From the IMG/VR virus record IMGVR_UViG_2529292831_000008: a stretch of DNA of 13,667 bases; one strand, written 5' to 3'. Shown here piece by piece: positions 1 to 11,352 of this stretch (position 1 is its first letter; each line of letters starts with the position of its first letter). A program made the position numbers and the translations under genes. The DNA is from a virus (taxonomy: Duplodnaviria > Heunggongvirae > Uroviricota > Caudoviricetes). The notes under the pieces were generated by a model, which did not search any database, was not told the DNA's origin, and was given only the letters and a program-made list of their open reading frames with translations.

Positions 1-159
1 CGACATGCCTGCGGGCAAAGGCCACGAAAGGCCAGCTCTCCGAAAGCGCACGAACATACTACAAACAGTTGATTTTGGTACACCCAGGCGACGCCCGGCC
101 ACAACCCGGGGTAAATGTTCTTCAAAGTGAAGACGTAAAGCTTCAGTGATCCAGGTCCG

Positions 160-168
<9 letters not shown>
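1..168 (-). CDS. Partial ORF (5' end only, runs off window start) encoding a helix-turn-helix-like N-terminus; possible transposase or regulator
   Basis: Reverse complement of 1..168 is an open frame of 56 codons from ATG (168..166) with no stop: MKHRTWITEALRLHFEEHLPRVVAGRRLGVPKSTVCSMFVRFRRAGLSWPLPAGMS. The segment AGRRLGVPKSTV resembles HTH motifs of transposase or regulator N-termini. An in-frame alternative ATG lies at 198..196. Not on the ORF track (partial). No strong Shine-Dalgarno. Family not recognised. Confidence 0.35.
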
Positions 169-2660
<2,492 letters not shown>

Positions 2661-2680
<20 letters not shown>

Positions 2681-3980
2681 TCTCCCGCATATTGCCAGTA
2701 TGGCCTTTAATGAGCCGCTGATGCTTGAACCCGCCTATGCGCGGGTTTTCTTTTGTGCGCTTGCAGGCCAGCTTGGGATCAGCCGCCTGACGGATGCGGT
2801 GTCCGGTGACAGCCTGACTGCCCAGGAGACACTCGCGACGCTGGCGTTATCCGGTGATGATGACGGACCACGACAGGCCCGCAGTTATCAGGTCATGAAC
2901 GGCATCGCCGTGCTGTCGGTTTCCGGCACGCTGGTCAGCCGGACGCGGGCGCTGCAGCCGTACTCGGGGATGACCGGTTACAACGGCATTATCGCCCGTC
3001 TGCAACAGGCTGCCAGCGACCCGATGGTGGACGGCATTCTGCTCGATATGGACACGCCAGGCGGAATGGTGGCGGGGGCATTTGACTGCGCTGACATCAT
3101 CGCCCGTGTGCGTGACATAAAACCGGTATGGGCGCTGGCCAACGACATGAACTGCAGTGCAGGTCAGCTGCTTGCCAGTGCCGCCTCCCGGCGTCTGGTC
3201 ACGCAGACCGCCCGGACAGGCTCCATCGGCGTCATGATGGCTCACAGTAATTACGGTGCTGCCCTGGAGAAACAGGGCGTGGAAATCACGCTGATTTACA
3301 GCGGCAGCCATAAGGTGGATGGCAATCCCTACAGCCATCTTCCGGATGACGTCCGGGAGACACTGCAGTCCCGGATGGACGCAACCCGCCAGATGTTTGC
3401 GCAGAAGGTGTCGGCATATACCGGCCTGTCTGTGCAGGCTGTGCTGGATACCGAGGCTGCAGTGTACAGCGGTCAGGAGGCCATTGATGCCGGACTGGCT
3501 GATGAACTTGTTAACAGCACCGATGCGATCACCGTCATGCGTGATGCACTGGATGCACATAAATCCCGTCTCTCAGGAGGGCGAATGACCAAAGAGACTC
3601 AATCAACAACTGTTTCAGCCACTGCTTCGCAGGCTGACGTTACTGACGTGGTGCCAGCGACGGAGGGCGAAAACGCCAGCGCGGCGCAGCCGGACGTGAA
3701 CGCGCAGATCACTGCAGCGGTTGCGGCAGAAAACAGCCGCATTATGGGGATCCTCAACTGTGAGGAGGCTCACGGACGCGAAGAACAGGCGCGCGTGCTG
3801 GCAGAAACCCCCGGTATGACCGTGGAAACGGCCCGCCGCATTCTGGCCGCAGCACCACAGAGTGCACAGGCGCGCAGTGACACTGCGCTGGATCGTCTGA
3901 TGCAGGGGGCACCGGCACCGCTGGCTGCAGGTAACCCGGCATCTGATGCCGTTAACGATTTGCTGAACACACCAGTGTAA
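2661..3980 (+). CDS. C: Prohead protease / minor capsid protein gpC (S49/SppA-like serine peptidase)
   Basis: Frame of track ORF 2526..3980; proposed GTG start at 2661 preceded by aggaggagaa (2649..2658), giving 439 aa as in lambda gpC. Overlaps the B 3' end by 20 nt in another frame. N-terminal half resembles ClpP/SppA-type peptidases. Confidence 0.88.
3375..3980 (+). CDS. nu3: Scaffolding protein Nu3, in-frame internal initiation within C
   Basis: ATG at 3375 is in frame with C (3375-2661 = 714); gives 201 aa sharing the C-terminal part of gpC (MDATRQMFAQKVSAYTGL...NDLLNTPV), as in the lambda nested C/Nu3 arrangement. Confidence 0.75.
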   Translation: MDATRQMFAQKVSAYTGLSVQAVLDTEAAVYSGQEAIDAGLADELVNSTDAITVMRDALDAHKSRLSGGRMTKETQSTTVSATASQADVTDVVPATEGENASAAQPDVNAQITAAVAAENSRIMGILNCEEAHGREEQARVLAETPGMTVETARRILAAAPQSAQARSDTALDRLMQGAPAPLAAGNPASDAVNDLLNTPV

Positions 3981-3989
3981 GGGATGTTT

Positions 3990-4322
3990 ATGACGAGCAA
4001 AGAAACCTTTACCCATTACCAGCCGCTGGGCAACAGTGACCCGGCTCATACCGCAACCGCGCCAGGCGGATTGAGTGCGAAAGCGCCTGCAATGACCCCG
4101 CTGATGCTGGACACCTCCACCCGTAAGCTGGTTGCGTGGGATGGCACCACCGACGGTGCTGCCGTTGGCATTCTTGCTGTTGCTGCTGACCAGACCAGCA
4201 CCACGCTGACGTTCTACAAGTCCGGCACGTTCCGTTATGAGGATGTGCTCTGGCCGGAGGCTGCCAGCGACGAGACGAAAAAACGGACCGCGTTTGCCGG
4301 AACGGCAATCAGCATCGTTTAA
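3990..4322 (+). CDS. D: Head decoration protein gpD
   Basis: [41 protein letters not shown]...TAISIV, 110 aa from ATG 3990 (track ORF begins 6 nt earlier at 3984); matches lambda gpD. Confidence 0.93.
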   Translation: MTSKETFTHYQPLGNSDPAHTATAPGGLSAKAPAMTPLMLDTSTRKLVAWDGTTDGAAVGILAVAADQTSTTLTFYKSGTFRYEDVLWPEAASDETKKRTAFAGTAISIV

Positions 4323-4342
4323 CCTTACCCTTCATCACTAAA

Positions 4343-4364
4343 GGCCGCCTGTGCGGCTTTTTTT
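4343..4364 (+). terminator. Terminator-like GC hairpin plus T-run between D and E
   Basis: GGCCGC (4343..4348), loop CTGT, GCGGCT (4353..4358) giving 5 GC pairs plus one G-U, followed by T7 (4358..4364); a second T7 at 4371..4377 directly precedes the E start codon. Confidence 0.4.
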
Positions 4365-4377
4365 ACGGGATTTTTTT

Positions 4378-5403
4378 ATGTCGATGTACACAACCGCCCA
4401 GCTGCTGGCGGCAAATGAGCAGAAATTTAAGTTTGATCCGCTGTTTCTGCGTCTCTTTTTCCGTGAGAGCTATCCCTTCACCACGGAGAAAGTCTATCTC
4501 TCACAAATTCCGGGGCTGGTAAACATGGCGCTGTACGTTTCGCCGATTGTTTCCGGTGAGGTTATCCGCTCCCGTGGCGGCTCCACCTCTGAATTTACGC
4601 CGGGATATGTCAAGCCGAAGCATGAGGTGAATCCGCAGATGACCCTGCGTCGCCTGCCGGATGAAGATCCGCAGAATCTGGCGGACCCGGCTTACCGCCG
4701 CCGTCGCATCATTATGCAGAACATGCGTGACGAAGAGCTGGCCATTGCCCAGGTCGAAGAGATGCAGGCAGTTTCTGCCGTGCTTAAGGGCAAATACACC
4801 ATGACCGGTGAAGCTTTCGATCCGGTTGAGGTGGATATGGGCCGCAGTGCGGCCAACAACATCACGCAGTCCGGCGGCACGGAGTGGAGCAAGCGTGACA
4901 AGTCCACGTATGACCCGACCGACGATATCGAAGCCTACGCGCTGAACGCCAGCGGCGTGGTGAATATCATCGTGTTTGATCCGAAAGGCTGGGCGCTGTT
5001 CCGTTCCTTCAAAGCCGTCAAGGAGAAGCTGGATACCCGTCGCGGCTCTAATTCCGAGCTGGAGACAGCGGTAAAAGACCTGGGCGAAGCGGTGTCCTAT
5101 AAGGGGATGTATGGCGATACGGCGATCGTCGTGTATTCCGGACAGTACGTGGAAAACGACGTCAAAAAGAACTTCCTTCCGGACAACACGATGGTGCTGG
5201 GGAACACTCAGGCACGCGGTCTGCGCACCTATGGCTGCATTCAGGATGCGGACGCACAGCGCGAAGGTATTAACGCCTCTGCCCGCTACCCGAAAAACTG
5301 GGTGACCACCGGCGATCCGGCGCGTGAGTTCACCATGATTCAGTCAGCACCGCTGATGCTGCTGGCTGATCCTGATGCGTTCGTGTCCGTACAACTGGCG
5401 TAA
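4378..5403 (+). CDS. E: Major capsid protein gpE
   Basis: MSMYTTAQLLAANEQKFKFDPLFLRLFFRESYPFTTEKVYLSQIPGLVNMALYVSPIVSGE...FVSVQLA, 341 aa from ATG 4378; matches lambda gpE. Track ORF starts upstream at 4351 on a non-ATG codon, which I reject. Confidence 0.95.
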   Translation: MSMYTTAQLLAANEQKFKFDPLFLRLFFRESYPFTTEKVYLSQIPGLVNMALYVSPIVSGEVIRSRGGSTSEFTPGYVKPKHEVNPQMTLRRLPDEDPQNLADPAYRRRRIIMQNMRDEELAIAQVEEMQAVSAVLKGKYTMTGEAFDPVEVDMGRSAANNITQSGGTEWSKRDKSTYDPTDDIEAYALNASGVVNIIVFDPKGWALFRSFKAVKEKLDTRRGSNSELETAVKDLGEAVSYKGMYGDTAIVVYSGQYVENDVKKNFLPDNTMVLGNTQARGLRTYGCIQDADAQREGINASARYPKNWVTTGDPAREFTMIQSAPLMLLADPDAFVSVQLA

Positions 5404-5405
5404 TC

Positions 5406-5430
5406 ATGGCCCTTCGGGGCCATTTTCTCT
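5406..5430 (+). terminator. Stem-loop with UUCG tetraloop immediately 3' of E
   Basis: ATGGCCC (5406..5412), TTCG loop (5413..5416), GGGCCAT (5417..5423): perfect 7-bp stem, followed by a U-rich tract tttctctc. Could be a partial terminator or mRNA-stabilising hairpin. Confidence 0.3.
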
Positions 5431-5444
5431 CTGTGGAGGAGTTC

Positions 5445-5831
5445 ATGACGAAAGATGAACTGATTGCCCGTCTTCAGGAGCTGGGTGAGCAACTGAACCG
5501 TGATGTCAGCCTGACGGGGACGAAAGAAGAACTGGCGCTCCGTGTGGCAGAGCTGGAAGAGGAGCTTGATGACACTGCCGATCAGGATACCCCTCTCAGC
5601 CCGGAAAATGCGCTGACCGGACATGAAAATGAGGTGGTATCAGCGCAGCCGGATACCGTGACTGATACGGCTGCTCTGGTCACGGTTGTGGCACTGGTGA
5701 CGCTGCATACCGATGCACTTCACGCCACGCGGGATAAACCTGTGGCATTTGTGCTGCCGGGAACGGCGTTTCGTGTCTCTGCCGGTGTGGCAGCCGAAAT
5801 GACAGAGCGCGGCCTGGCCAGAATGCAATAA
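5445..5831 (+). CDS. FI: DNA packaging / head assembly protein gpFI
   Basis: MTKDELIARLQELGEQLNRDVSLTGTKEELALRVAELEEELDD...ERGLARMQ from ATG 5445 with GGAGGA (5435..5440) upstream; matches lambda gpFI, but 128 aa here versus 132 recalled for lambda. Confidence 0.85.
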   Translation: MTKDELIARLQELGEQLNRDVSLTGTKEELALRVAELEEELDDTADQDTPLSPENALTGHENEVVSAQPDTVTDTAALVTVVALVTLHTDALHATRDKPVAFVLPGTAFRVSAGVAAEMTERGLARMQ

Positions 5832-5842
5832 CGGGAGGCGCT

Positions 5843-6196
5843 GTGGCTGATTTCGATAACCTGTTCGATGCTGCCATTGCCCGCGCCGATGAAACGATAC
5901 GCGGGTACATGGGAACGTCAGCCACCATGACATCCGGTGAGCAGTCAGGTGCGGTGATACGTGGTGTTTTTGATGACCCTGAAAATATCAGCTATGCCGG
6001 ACAGGGCGTGCGCGTTGAAGGCTCCAGCCCGTCCCTGTTTGTCCGGACTGATGATGTGCGGCAGCTGCGGCGCGGCGACACGCTGACCATCGGTGAGGAA
6101 AACTTCTGGATAGACCGGATTTCGCCGGATGATGGCGGAAGCTGTCATCTCTGGCTTGGGCGGGGCGTACCGCCTGCCGTTAACCGTCGCCGCTGA
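5843..6196 (+). CDS. FII: Head-tail connector protein gpFII
   Basis: 117-aa ORF (M)ADFDNLFDAAIARADETIRGYMGTSATMTSGEQSGAVIRG...; first codon at 5843 is GTG, preceded by gggagg (5832..5837); matches lambda gpFII. Confidence 0.9.
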   Translation: MADFDNLFDAAIARADETIRGYMGTSATMTSGEQSGAVIRGVFDDPENISYAGQGVRVEGSSPSLFVRTDDVRQLRRGDTLTIGEENFWIDRISPDDGGSCHLWLGRGVPPAVNRRR

Positions 6197-6207
6197 AAGG
6201 GGGATGT

Positions 6208-6786
6208 ATGGCCATAAAAGGTCTTGAGCAGGCCGTTGAAAACCTCAGCCGTATCAGCAGAACGGCGGTGCCCGGTGCCGCCGCAATGGCCATTAACCGC
6301 GTTGCTTCATCCGCGATATCGCAGTCGGTGGCACAGGTTGCCCGTGAGACAAAGGTACGCCGGAAACTGGTAAAGGAAAGGGCCAGGCTGAAAAGGGCCA
6401 CGGTCAAAAATCCGCAGGCCAGAATCAGGGTTAACCGGGGGGATTTGCCCGTAATCAAGCTGGGTAACGCGCGGGTTGTCCTTTCGCGCCGCAGGCGTCG
6501 TAAAAAGGGGCAGCGTTCATCCCTGAAAGGTGGCGGCAGCGTGCTTGTGGTGGGAAACCGTCGTATTCCCGGCGCGTTTATTCAGCAACTGAAAAATGGC
6601 CGGTGGCATGTCATGCAGCGTGTGGCCGGGAAAAACCGTTACCCCATTGATGTGGTGAAAATCCCGATGGCGGTGCCGCTTACCACGGCGTTTAAACAGA
6701 ATATTGAACGGATACGGCGTGAACGTCTTCCGAAAGAGCTGGGCTATGCGCTGCAGCATCAACTGAGGATAGTAATAAAGCGATGA
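6208..6786 (+). CDS. Z: Tail completion protein gpZ
   Basis: 192-aa ORF MAIKGLEQAVENLSRISRTAVPGAAAMAINRVASSAISQSVAQVARETK...; matches lambda gpZ in sequence, length and position. Confidence 0.9.
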   Translation: MAIKGLEQAVENLSRISRTAVPGAAAMAINRVASSAISQSVAQVARETKVRRKLVKERARLKRATVKNPQARIRVNRGDLPVIKLGNARVVLSRRRRRKKGQRSSLKGGGSVLVVGNRRIPGAFIQQLKNGRWHVMQRVAGKNRYPIDVVKIPMAVPLTTAFKQNIERIRRERLPKELGYALQHQLRIVIKR

Positions 6787-7178
6787 AACATACTGAACTC
6801 CGTGCAGCCGTACTGGATGCACTGGAGAAGCATGACACCGGGGCGACGTTTTTTGATGGTCGCCCCGCTGTTTTTGATGGGGCGGATTTTCCGGCAGTTG
6901 CCGTTTATCTCACCGGCGCTGAATACACGGGCGAAGAGCTGGACAGCGATACATGGCAGGCGGAGCTGCATATCGAAGTTTTCCTGCCTGCTCAGGTGCC
7001 GGATTCAGAGCTGGATTCGTGGATGGAGTCCCGGATTTATCCGGTGATGAGTGATATCCCGGCACTGTCAGATTTGATCACCAGTATGGTGGCCAGCGGC
7101 TATGACTACCGGCGCGACGATGATGCGGGCCTGTGGAGTTCAGCCGATCTGACTTATGTCATTACCTATGAAATGTGA
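6783..7178 (+). CDS. U: Tail terminator protein gpU
   Basis: 131-aa [57 protein letters not shown]...; start overlaps the Z stop (ATGA); matches lambda gpU. Confidence 0.9.
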   Translation: MKHTELRAAVLDALEKHDTGATFFDGRPAVFDGADFPAVAVYLTGAEYTGEELDSDTWQAELHIEVFLPAQVPDSELDSWMESRIYPVMSDIPALSDLITSMVASGYDYRRDDDAGLWSSADLTYVITYEM

Positions 7179-7185
7179 GGACGCT

Positions 7186-7926
7186 ATGCCTGTACCAAAT
7201 CCTGTAATGCCGGTGAAAGGTGCCGGGACCACCCTGTGGGTTTATAAGGGAAGCGGTGACCCTTATGCGAATCCGCTTTCAGACGTTGACTGGTCGCGTC
7301 TGGCAAAAGTTAAAGACCTGACGCCCGGCGAACTGACCGCTGAGTCCTATGACGACAGCTATCTCGATGATGAAGATGCAGACTGGACTGCGACCGGGCA
7401 GGGGCAGAAATCTGCCGGAGATACCAGCTTCACGCTGGCGTGGATGCCCGGAGAGCAGGGGCAGCAGGCGCTGCTGGCGTGGTTTAATGAAGGCGATACC
7501 CGTGCCTATAAAATCCGCTTCCCGAACGGCACGGTCGATGTGTTCCGTGGCTGGGTCAGCAGTATCGGTAAGGCGGTGACGGCGAAGGAAGTGATCACCC
7601 GTACGGTGAAGGTCACCAATGTGGGCCGTCCGTCAATGGCAGAAGATCGCAGTACGGTGACGGCGGCAACCGGTATGACTGTGACGCCTGCCAGCTCCTC
7701 GGTGGTGAAAGGGCAGAGCACCACGCTGACCGTGGCATTCCAGCCGGAGGGTGCAACTGACAAGAGCTTCCGTGCGGTGTCAGCGGATAAAACAAAAGCC
7801 ACCGTGTCGGTCAGTGGTATGACCATCACCGTGAATGGCGTTGCTGCAGGTAAGGTCAACATTCCGGTCGTATCCGGTAATGGTGAGTTTGCTGCGGTTG
7901 CAGAAATCACCGTCACCGCCAGTTAA
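7186..7926 (+). CDS. V: Major tail tube protein gpV with C-terminal Ig-like domain
   Basis: ATG at 7186 ([36 protein letters not shown]...) gives 246 aa as in lambda gpV; the track ORF 7156..7926 starts 30 nt earlier in the same frame. C-terminal ~85 aa ([25 protein letters not shown]...VTAS) is beta-rich and Ig-like (Big_2-type). Confidence 0.93.
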   Translation: MPVPNPVMPVKGAGTTLWVYKGSGDPYANPLSDVDWSRLAKVKDLTPGELTAESYDDSYLDDEDADWTATGQGQKSAGDTSFTLAWMPGEQGQQALLAWFNEGDTRAYKIRFPNGTVDVFRGWVSSIGKAVTAKEVITRTVKVTNVGRPSMAEDRSTVTAATGMTVTPASSSVVKGQSTTLTVAFQPEGATDKSFRAVSADKTKATVSVSGMTITVNGVAAGKVNIPVVSGNGEFAAVAEITVTAS

Positions 7927-7941
7927 TCCGGAGAGTCAGCG

Positions 7942-8364
7942 ATGTTCCTGAAAACCGAATCATTTGAACATAACGGTGTGACCGTCACGCTTTCTGAACT
8001 GTCAGCCCTGCAGCGTATTGAGCATCTCGCCCTGATGAAACGGCAGGCAGAACAGGCGGAGTCAGACAGCAACCGGAAGTTTACTGTGGAAGACGCCATC
8101 AGAACCGGCGCGTTTCTGGTGGCGATGTCCCTGTGGCATAACCATCCGCAGAAGACGCAGATGCCGTCCATGAATGAAGCCGTTAAACAGATTGAGCAGG
8201 AAGTGCTTACCACCTGGCCCACGGAGGCAATTTCTCATGCTGAAAACGTGGTGTACCGGCTGTCTGGTATGTATGAGTTTGTGGTGAATAATGCCCCTGA
8301 ACAGACAGAGGACGCCGGGCCCGCAGAGCCTGTTTCTGCGGGAAAGTGTTCGACGGTGAGCTGA
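7942..8364 (+). CDS. G: Tail assembly chaperone gpG
   Basis: 140-aa ORF MFLKTESFEHNGVTVTLSELSALQRIEHLALMKRQAEQAESDSNRKF...SAGKCSTVS; matches lambda gpG; contains the slippery heptamer near its 3' end. Confidence 0.9.
   Translation: MFLKTESFEHNGVTVTLSELSALQRIEHLALMKRQAEQAESDSNRKFTVEDAIRTGAFLVAMSLWHNHPQKTQMPSMNEAVKQIEQEVLTTWPTEAISHAENVVYRLSGMYEFVVNNAPEQTEDAGPAEPVSAGKCSTVS
8340..8346 (+). promoter_or_regulatory. Programmed -1 ribosomal frameshift slippery heptamer G_GGA_AAG (G to G-T fusion)
   Basis: GGGAAAG at 8340..8346 with GGA and AAG in the G zero frame (8341 = 7942 + 399); a -1 slip enters the T frame (VFDGELSFALKLAR...), which has no independent start signal. Same arrangement as the lambda G/GT site. 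Confidence 0.8.
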
Positions 8365-8780
8365 GTTTTGCCCTGAAACTGGCGCGTGAGATGGGGCGAC
8401 CCGACTGGCGTGCCATGCTTGCCGGGATGTCATCCACGGAGTATGCCGACTGGCACCGCTTTTACAGTACCCATTATTTTCATGATGTTCTGCTGGATAT
8501 GCACTTTTCCGGGCTGACGTACACCGTGCTCAGCCTGTTTTTCAGCGATCCGGATATGCATCCGCTGGATTTCAGTTTGCTGAACCGGCGTGAGGCTGAC
8601 GAAGAGCCTGAAGATGATGTGCTGATGCAGAAAGCGGCAGGGCTTGCCGGAGGGGTCCGCTTTGGCCCGGACGGGAATGAAGTTATCCCTACTTCCCCGG
8701 ATGTGGCGGACATGACGGAGGATGACGTAATGCTGATGACAGTATCAGAAGGGATCGCAGGAGGAGTCCGGTATGGCTGA
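8346..8780 (+). CDS. T: gpT portion of the gpG-T frameshift fusion (tail assembly chaperone)
   Basis: -1 frame ORF 8346..8780 (144 codons) overlapping the end of G; expected to be expressed only as the G-T fusion (7942..8780 with the slip at 8340..8346). Matches lambda T. Confidence 0.85.
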   Translation: MFDGELSFALKLAREMGRPDWRAMLAGMSSTEYADWHRFYSTHYFHDVLLDMHFSGLTYTVLSLFFSDPDMHPLDFSLLNRREADEEPEDDVLMQKAAGLAGGVRFGPDGNEVIPTSPDVADMTEDDVMLMTVSEGIAGGVRYG

Positions 8781-11352
8781 ACCGGTAGGCGATCTGGTCG
8801 TTGATTTGAGTCTGGATGCGGCCAGATTTGACGAGCAGATGGCCAGAGTCAGGCGTCATTTTTCCGGTACGGAAAGTGATGCGAAAAAAACAGCGGCAGT
8901 CGTTGAACAGTCGATGAACCGGCAGGCGCTGGCTGCACAGAAAGCGGGAGTTTCCGTCGGGCAGTATAAAGCCGCCATGCGTATGCTGCCTGCGCAGTTC
9001 ACTGACGTGGCCACGCAGCTTGCAGGCGGGCAAAGTCCGTGGCTGATCCTGCTGCAACAGGGGGGTCAGGTGAAGGACTCCTTCGGCGGGATGATCCCCA
9101 TGTTCCGGGGGCTTGCCGGTGCGATCACCCTGCCGATGGTGGGGGCCACCTCGCTGGCGGTGGCGACCGGTGCGCTGGCGTATGCCTGGTATCAGGGCAA
9201 CTCAACCCTGTCCGATTTCAACAAAACGCTGGTCCTTTCCGGCAATCAGGCCGGGCTGACGGCAGATCGTATGCTGGTCCTGTCCAGAGCCGGGCAGGCG
9301 GCAGGGCTGACGTTTAACCAGACCAGCGAGTCACTCAGCGCACTGGTTAAGGCGGGGGTAAGCGGTGAGGCTCAGATTGCGTCCATCAGCCAGAGTGTGG
9401 CGCGTTTCTCCTCTGCATCCGGCGTGGAGGTGGACAAGGTCGCTGAAGCCTTCGGGAAGCTGACCACTGACCCGACGTCGGGGCTGACGGCGATGGCACG
9501 CCAGTTCCATAACGTGACGGCGGAGCAGATTGCGTATGTTGCTCAGTTGCAGCGTTCCGGCGATGAAGCCGGGGCATTGCAGGCGGCGAACGAGGCCGCA
9601 ACGAAAGGGTTTGATGACCAGACCCGCCGCCTGAAAGAGAACATGGGCACGCTGGAAACCTGGGCAGACAGGACAGCACGGGCATTCAAATCCATGTGGG
9701 ATTCGGTGCTGGATATTGGTCGCCCGGACACTGCCCAGGGAATGCTGGAGAAAGCAGAAAAGGCTTTTGATGAGGCGGACAAAAAATGGCAGTGGTATCA
9801 GAGCCGGAGCCACCGGCGCGGTAAAACCTCAGCATTTCTTGCCAATCTCCGGGGAGCATGGGAGGACAGAGCGAATGCGCAACTTGGGCTTTCAGCCGCC
9901 ACGTTGCAGGCCGATCTTGAAAAGGCCAGAGAGATGGCAGCAAAGGACTGGGCCGAGTCTGAGGCATCACGGCTGAAATATACCGAAGAGGCGCAGAAGG
10001 CTTACGAACGGCTGCAGACGCCGCTGGAGAAATATACCGCCCGTCAGGAAGAACTGAACAAGGCACTGAAAGACGGGAGAATCCTGCAGGCAGATTACAA
10101 CACGCTGATGGCGGCGGCGAAAAAGGATTATGAAGCGACGCTGAAAAAGCCGAAACAGTCCGGCGTGAAAGTGTCTGCGGGCGATCGTCAGGAAGACAGT
10201 GCTCATGCTGCCCTGCTGACGCTTCAGGCAGAACTCCGGACGCTGGAGAAGCATGCCGGAGCGAATGAGAAAATCAGCCAGCAGCGCCGGGATTTGTGGA
10301 AGGCTGAAAATCAGTTCGCGGTACTGGAGGAGGCGGCACAACGTCGCCAGCTATCCGCACAGGAGAAATCCCTGCTGGCGCATAAAGATGAGACGCTGGA
10401 GTACAAACGCCAGCTGGCTGCACTTGGCGACAAGGTTACGTATCAGGAGCGCCTGAACGCGCTGGCGCAGCAGGCGGATAAATTCGCACAGCAGCAACGG
10501 GCAAAACGGGCCGCCATTGATGCGAAAAGCCGGGGGCTGACTGACCGGCAGGCAGCGCGGGAAGCCACAGAACAGCGCCTGAAGGAACAGTATGGCGATA
10601 ATCCTCTGGCGCTGAATAACGTCATGTCAGAGCAGAAAAAGACCTGGGCGGCTGAAGACCAGCTTCGCGGGAGCTGGATGGCAGGCCTGAAGTCCGGCTG
10701 GAGTGAGTGGGAAGAGAGCGCCACGGACAGTATGTCGCAGGTTAAAAGTGCAGCCGCGCAGACCTTTGATGGTATTGCGCAGAATATGGCGGCGATGCTG
10801 ACCGGCAGTGAGCAGAACTGGCGCAGCTTCACCCGTTCCGTGCTGTCCATGATGACAGAAATTCTGCTTAAGCAGGCAATGGTGGGGATTGTCGGGAGTA
10901 TCGGCAGCGCCATTGGCGGGGCTGCCAGTGGCGGAGCATCCGCGTCAGGCGGTACAGCCATTCAGGCCGCTGCGGCGAAATTCCATTTTGCGACCGGGGG
11001 ATTTACGGGAACCGGCGGCAAATATGAGCCAGCGGGGATTGTTCACCGTGGTGAATTTGTCTTCACGAAGGAGGCAACCAGCCGGATTGGTGTCGGCAAC
11101 CTGTACCGCCTGATGCGCGGCTATGCCACCGGCGGTTATGTCGGTACACCGGGCAGCATGGCAGACAGCCGGTCGCAGGCGTCCGGGACGTTTGAGCAGA
11201 ATAACCATGTGGTGATTAACAACGACGGCACGAACGGGCAGATAGGTCCGGCTGCTCTGAAGGCGGTGTATGACATGGCCCGCAAGGGTGCCCGTGATGA
11301 AATTCAGACACAGATGCGTGATGGTGGCCTGTTCTCCGGAGGTGGACGATGA
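8773..11352 (+). CDS. H: Tail tape measure protein gpH
   Basis: 859-aa ORF from ATG 8773 (overlaps the T stop); long alpha-helical Ala/Gln/Lys-rich middle region and Gly-rich C-terminal segment; matches lambda gpH, recalled as 853 aa. Confidence 0.93.
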   Translation: MAEPVGDLVVDLSLDAARFDEQMARVRRHFSGTESDAKKTAAVVEQSMNRQALAAQKAGVSVGQYKAAMRMLPAQFTDVATQLAGGQSPWLILLQQGGQVKDSFGGMIPMFRGLAGAITLPMVGATSLAVATGALAYAWYQGNSTLSDFNKTLVLSGNQAGLTADRMLVLSRAGQAAGLTFNQTSESLSALVKAGVSGEAQIASISQSVARFSSASGVEVDKVAEAFGKLTTDPTSGLTAMARQFHNVTAEQIAYVAQLQRSGDEAGALQAANEAATKGFDDQTRRLKENMGTLETWADRTARAFKSMWDSVLDIGRPDTAQGMLEKAEKAFDEADKKWQWYQSRSHRRGKTSAFLANLRGAWEDRANAQLGLSAATLQADLEKAREMAAKDWAESEASRLKYTEEAQKAYERLQTPLEKYTARQEELNKALKDGRILQADYNTLMAAAKKDYEATLKKPKQSGVKVSAGDRQEDSAHAALLTLQAELRTLEKHAGANEKISQQRRDLWKAENQFAVLEEAAQRRQLSAQEKSLLAHKDETLEYKRQLAALGDKVTYQERLNALAQQADKFAQQQRAKRAAIDAKSRGLTDRQAAREATEQRLKEQYGDNPLALNNVMSEQKKTWAAEDQLRGSWMAGLKSGWSEWEESATDSMSQVKSAAAQTFDGIAQNMAAMLTGSEQNWRSFTRSVLSMMTEILLKQAMVGIVGSIGSAIGGAASGGASASGGTAIQAAAAKFHFATGGFTGTGGKYEPAGIVHRGEFVFTKEATSRIGVGNLYRLMRGYATGGYVGTPGSMADSRSQASGTFEQNNHVVINNDGTNGQIGPAALKAVYDMARKGARDEIQTQMRDGGLFSGGGR

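Noticed and set aside
2847-3560. 237-aa minus-strand ORF inside gene C
   Set aside because: Antisense to a well-supported gene in GC-rich DNA; Cys/His/Arg-rich low-complexity translation and no start context. Typical shadow ORF.
4351-4377. Upstream start for E at 4351
   Set aside because: First codon is not ATG and lies inside the terminator-like hairpin; the ATG at 4378 (MSMYTT...) matches the gpE N-terminus.
5406-5444. Upstream ATG start for FI at 5406
   Set aside because: The ATG is part of the hairpin stem; the ATG at 5445 has GGAGGA at optimal spacing and matches the gpFI N-terminus (MTKDEL...).
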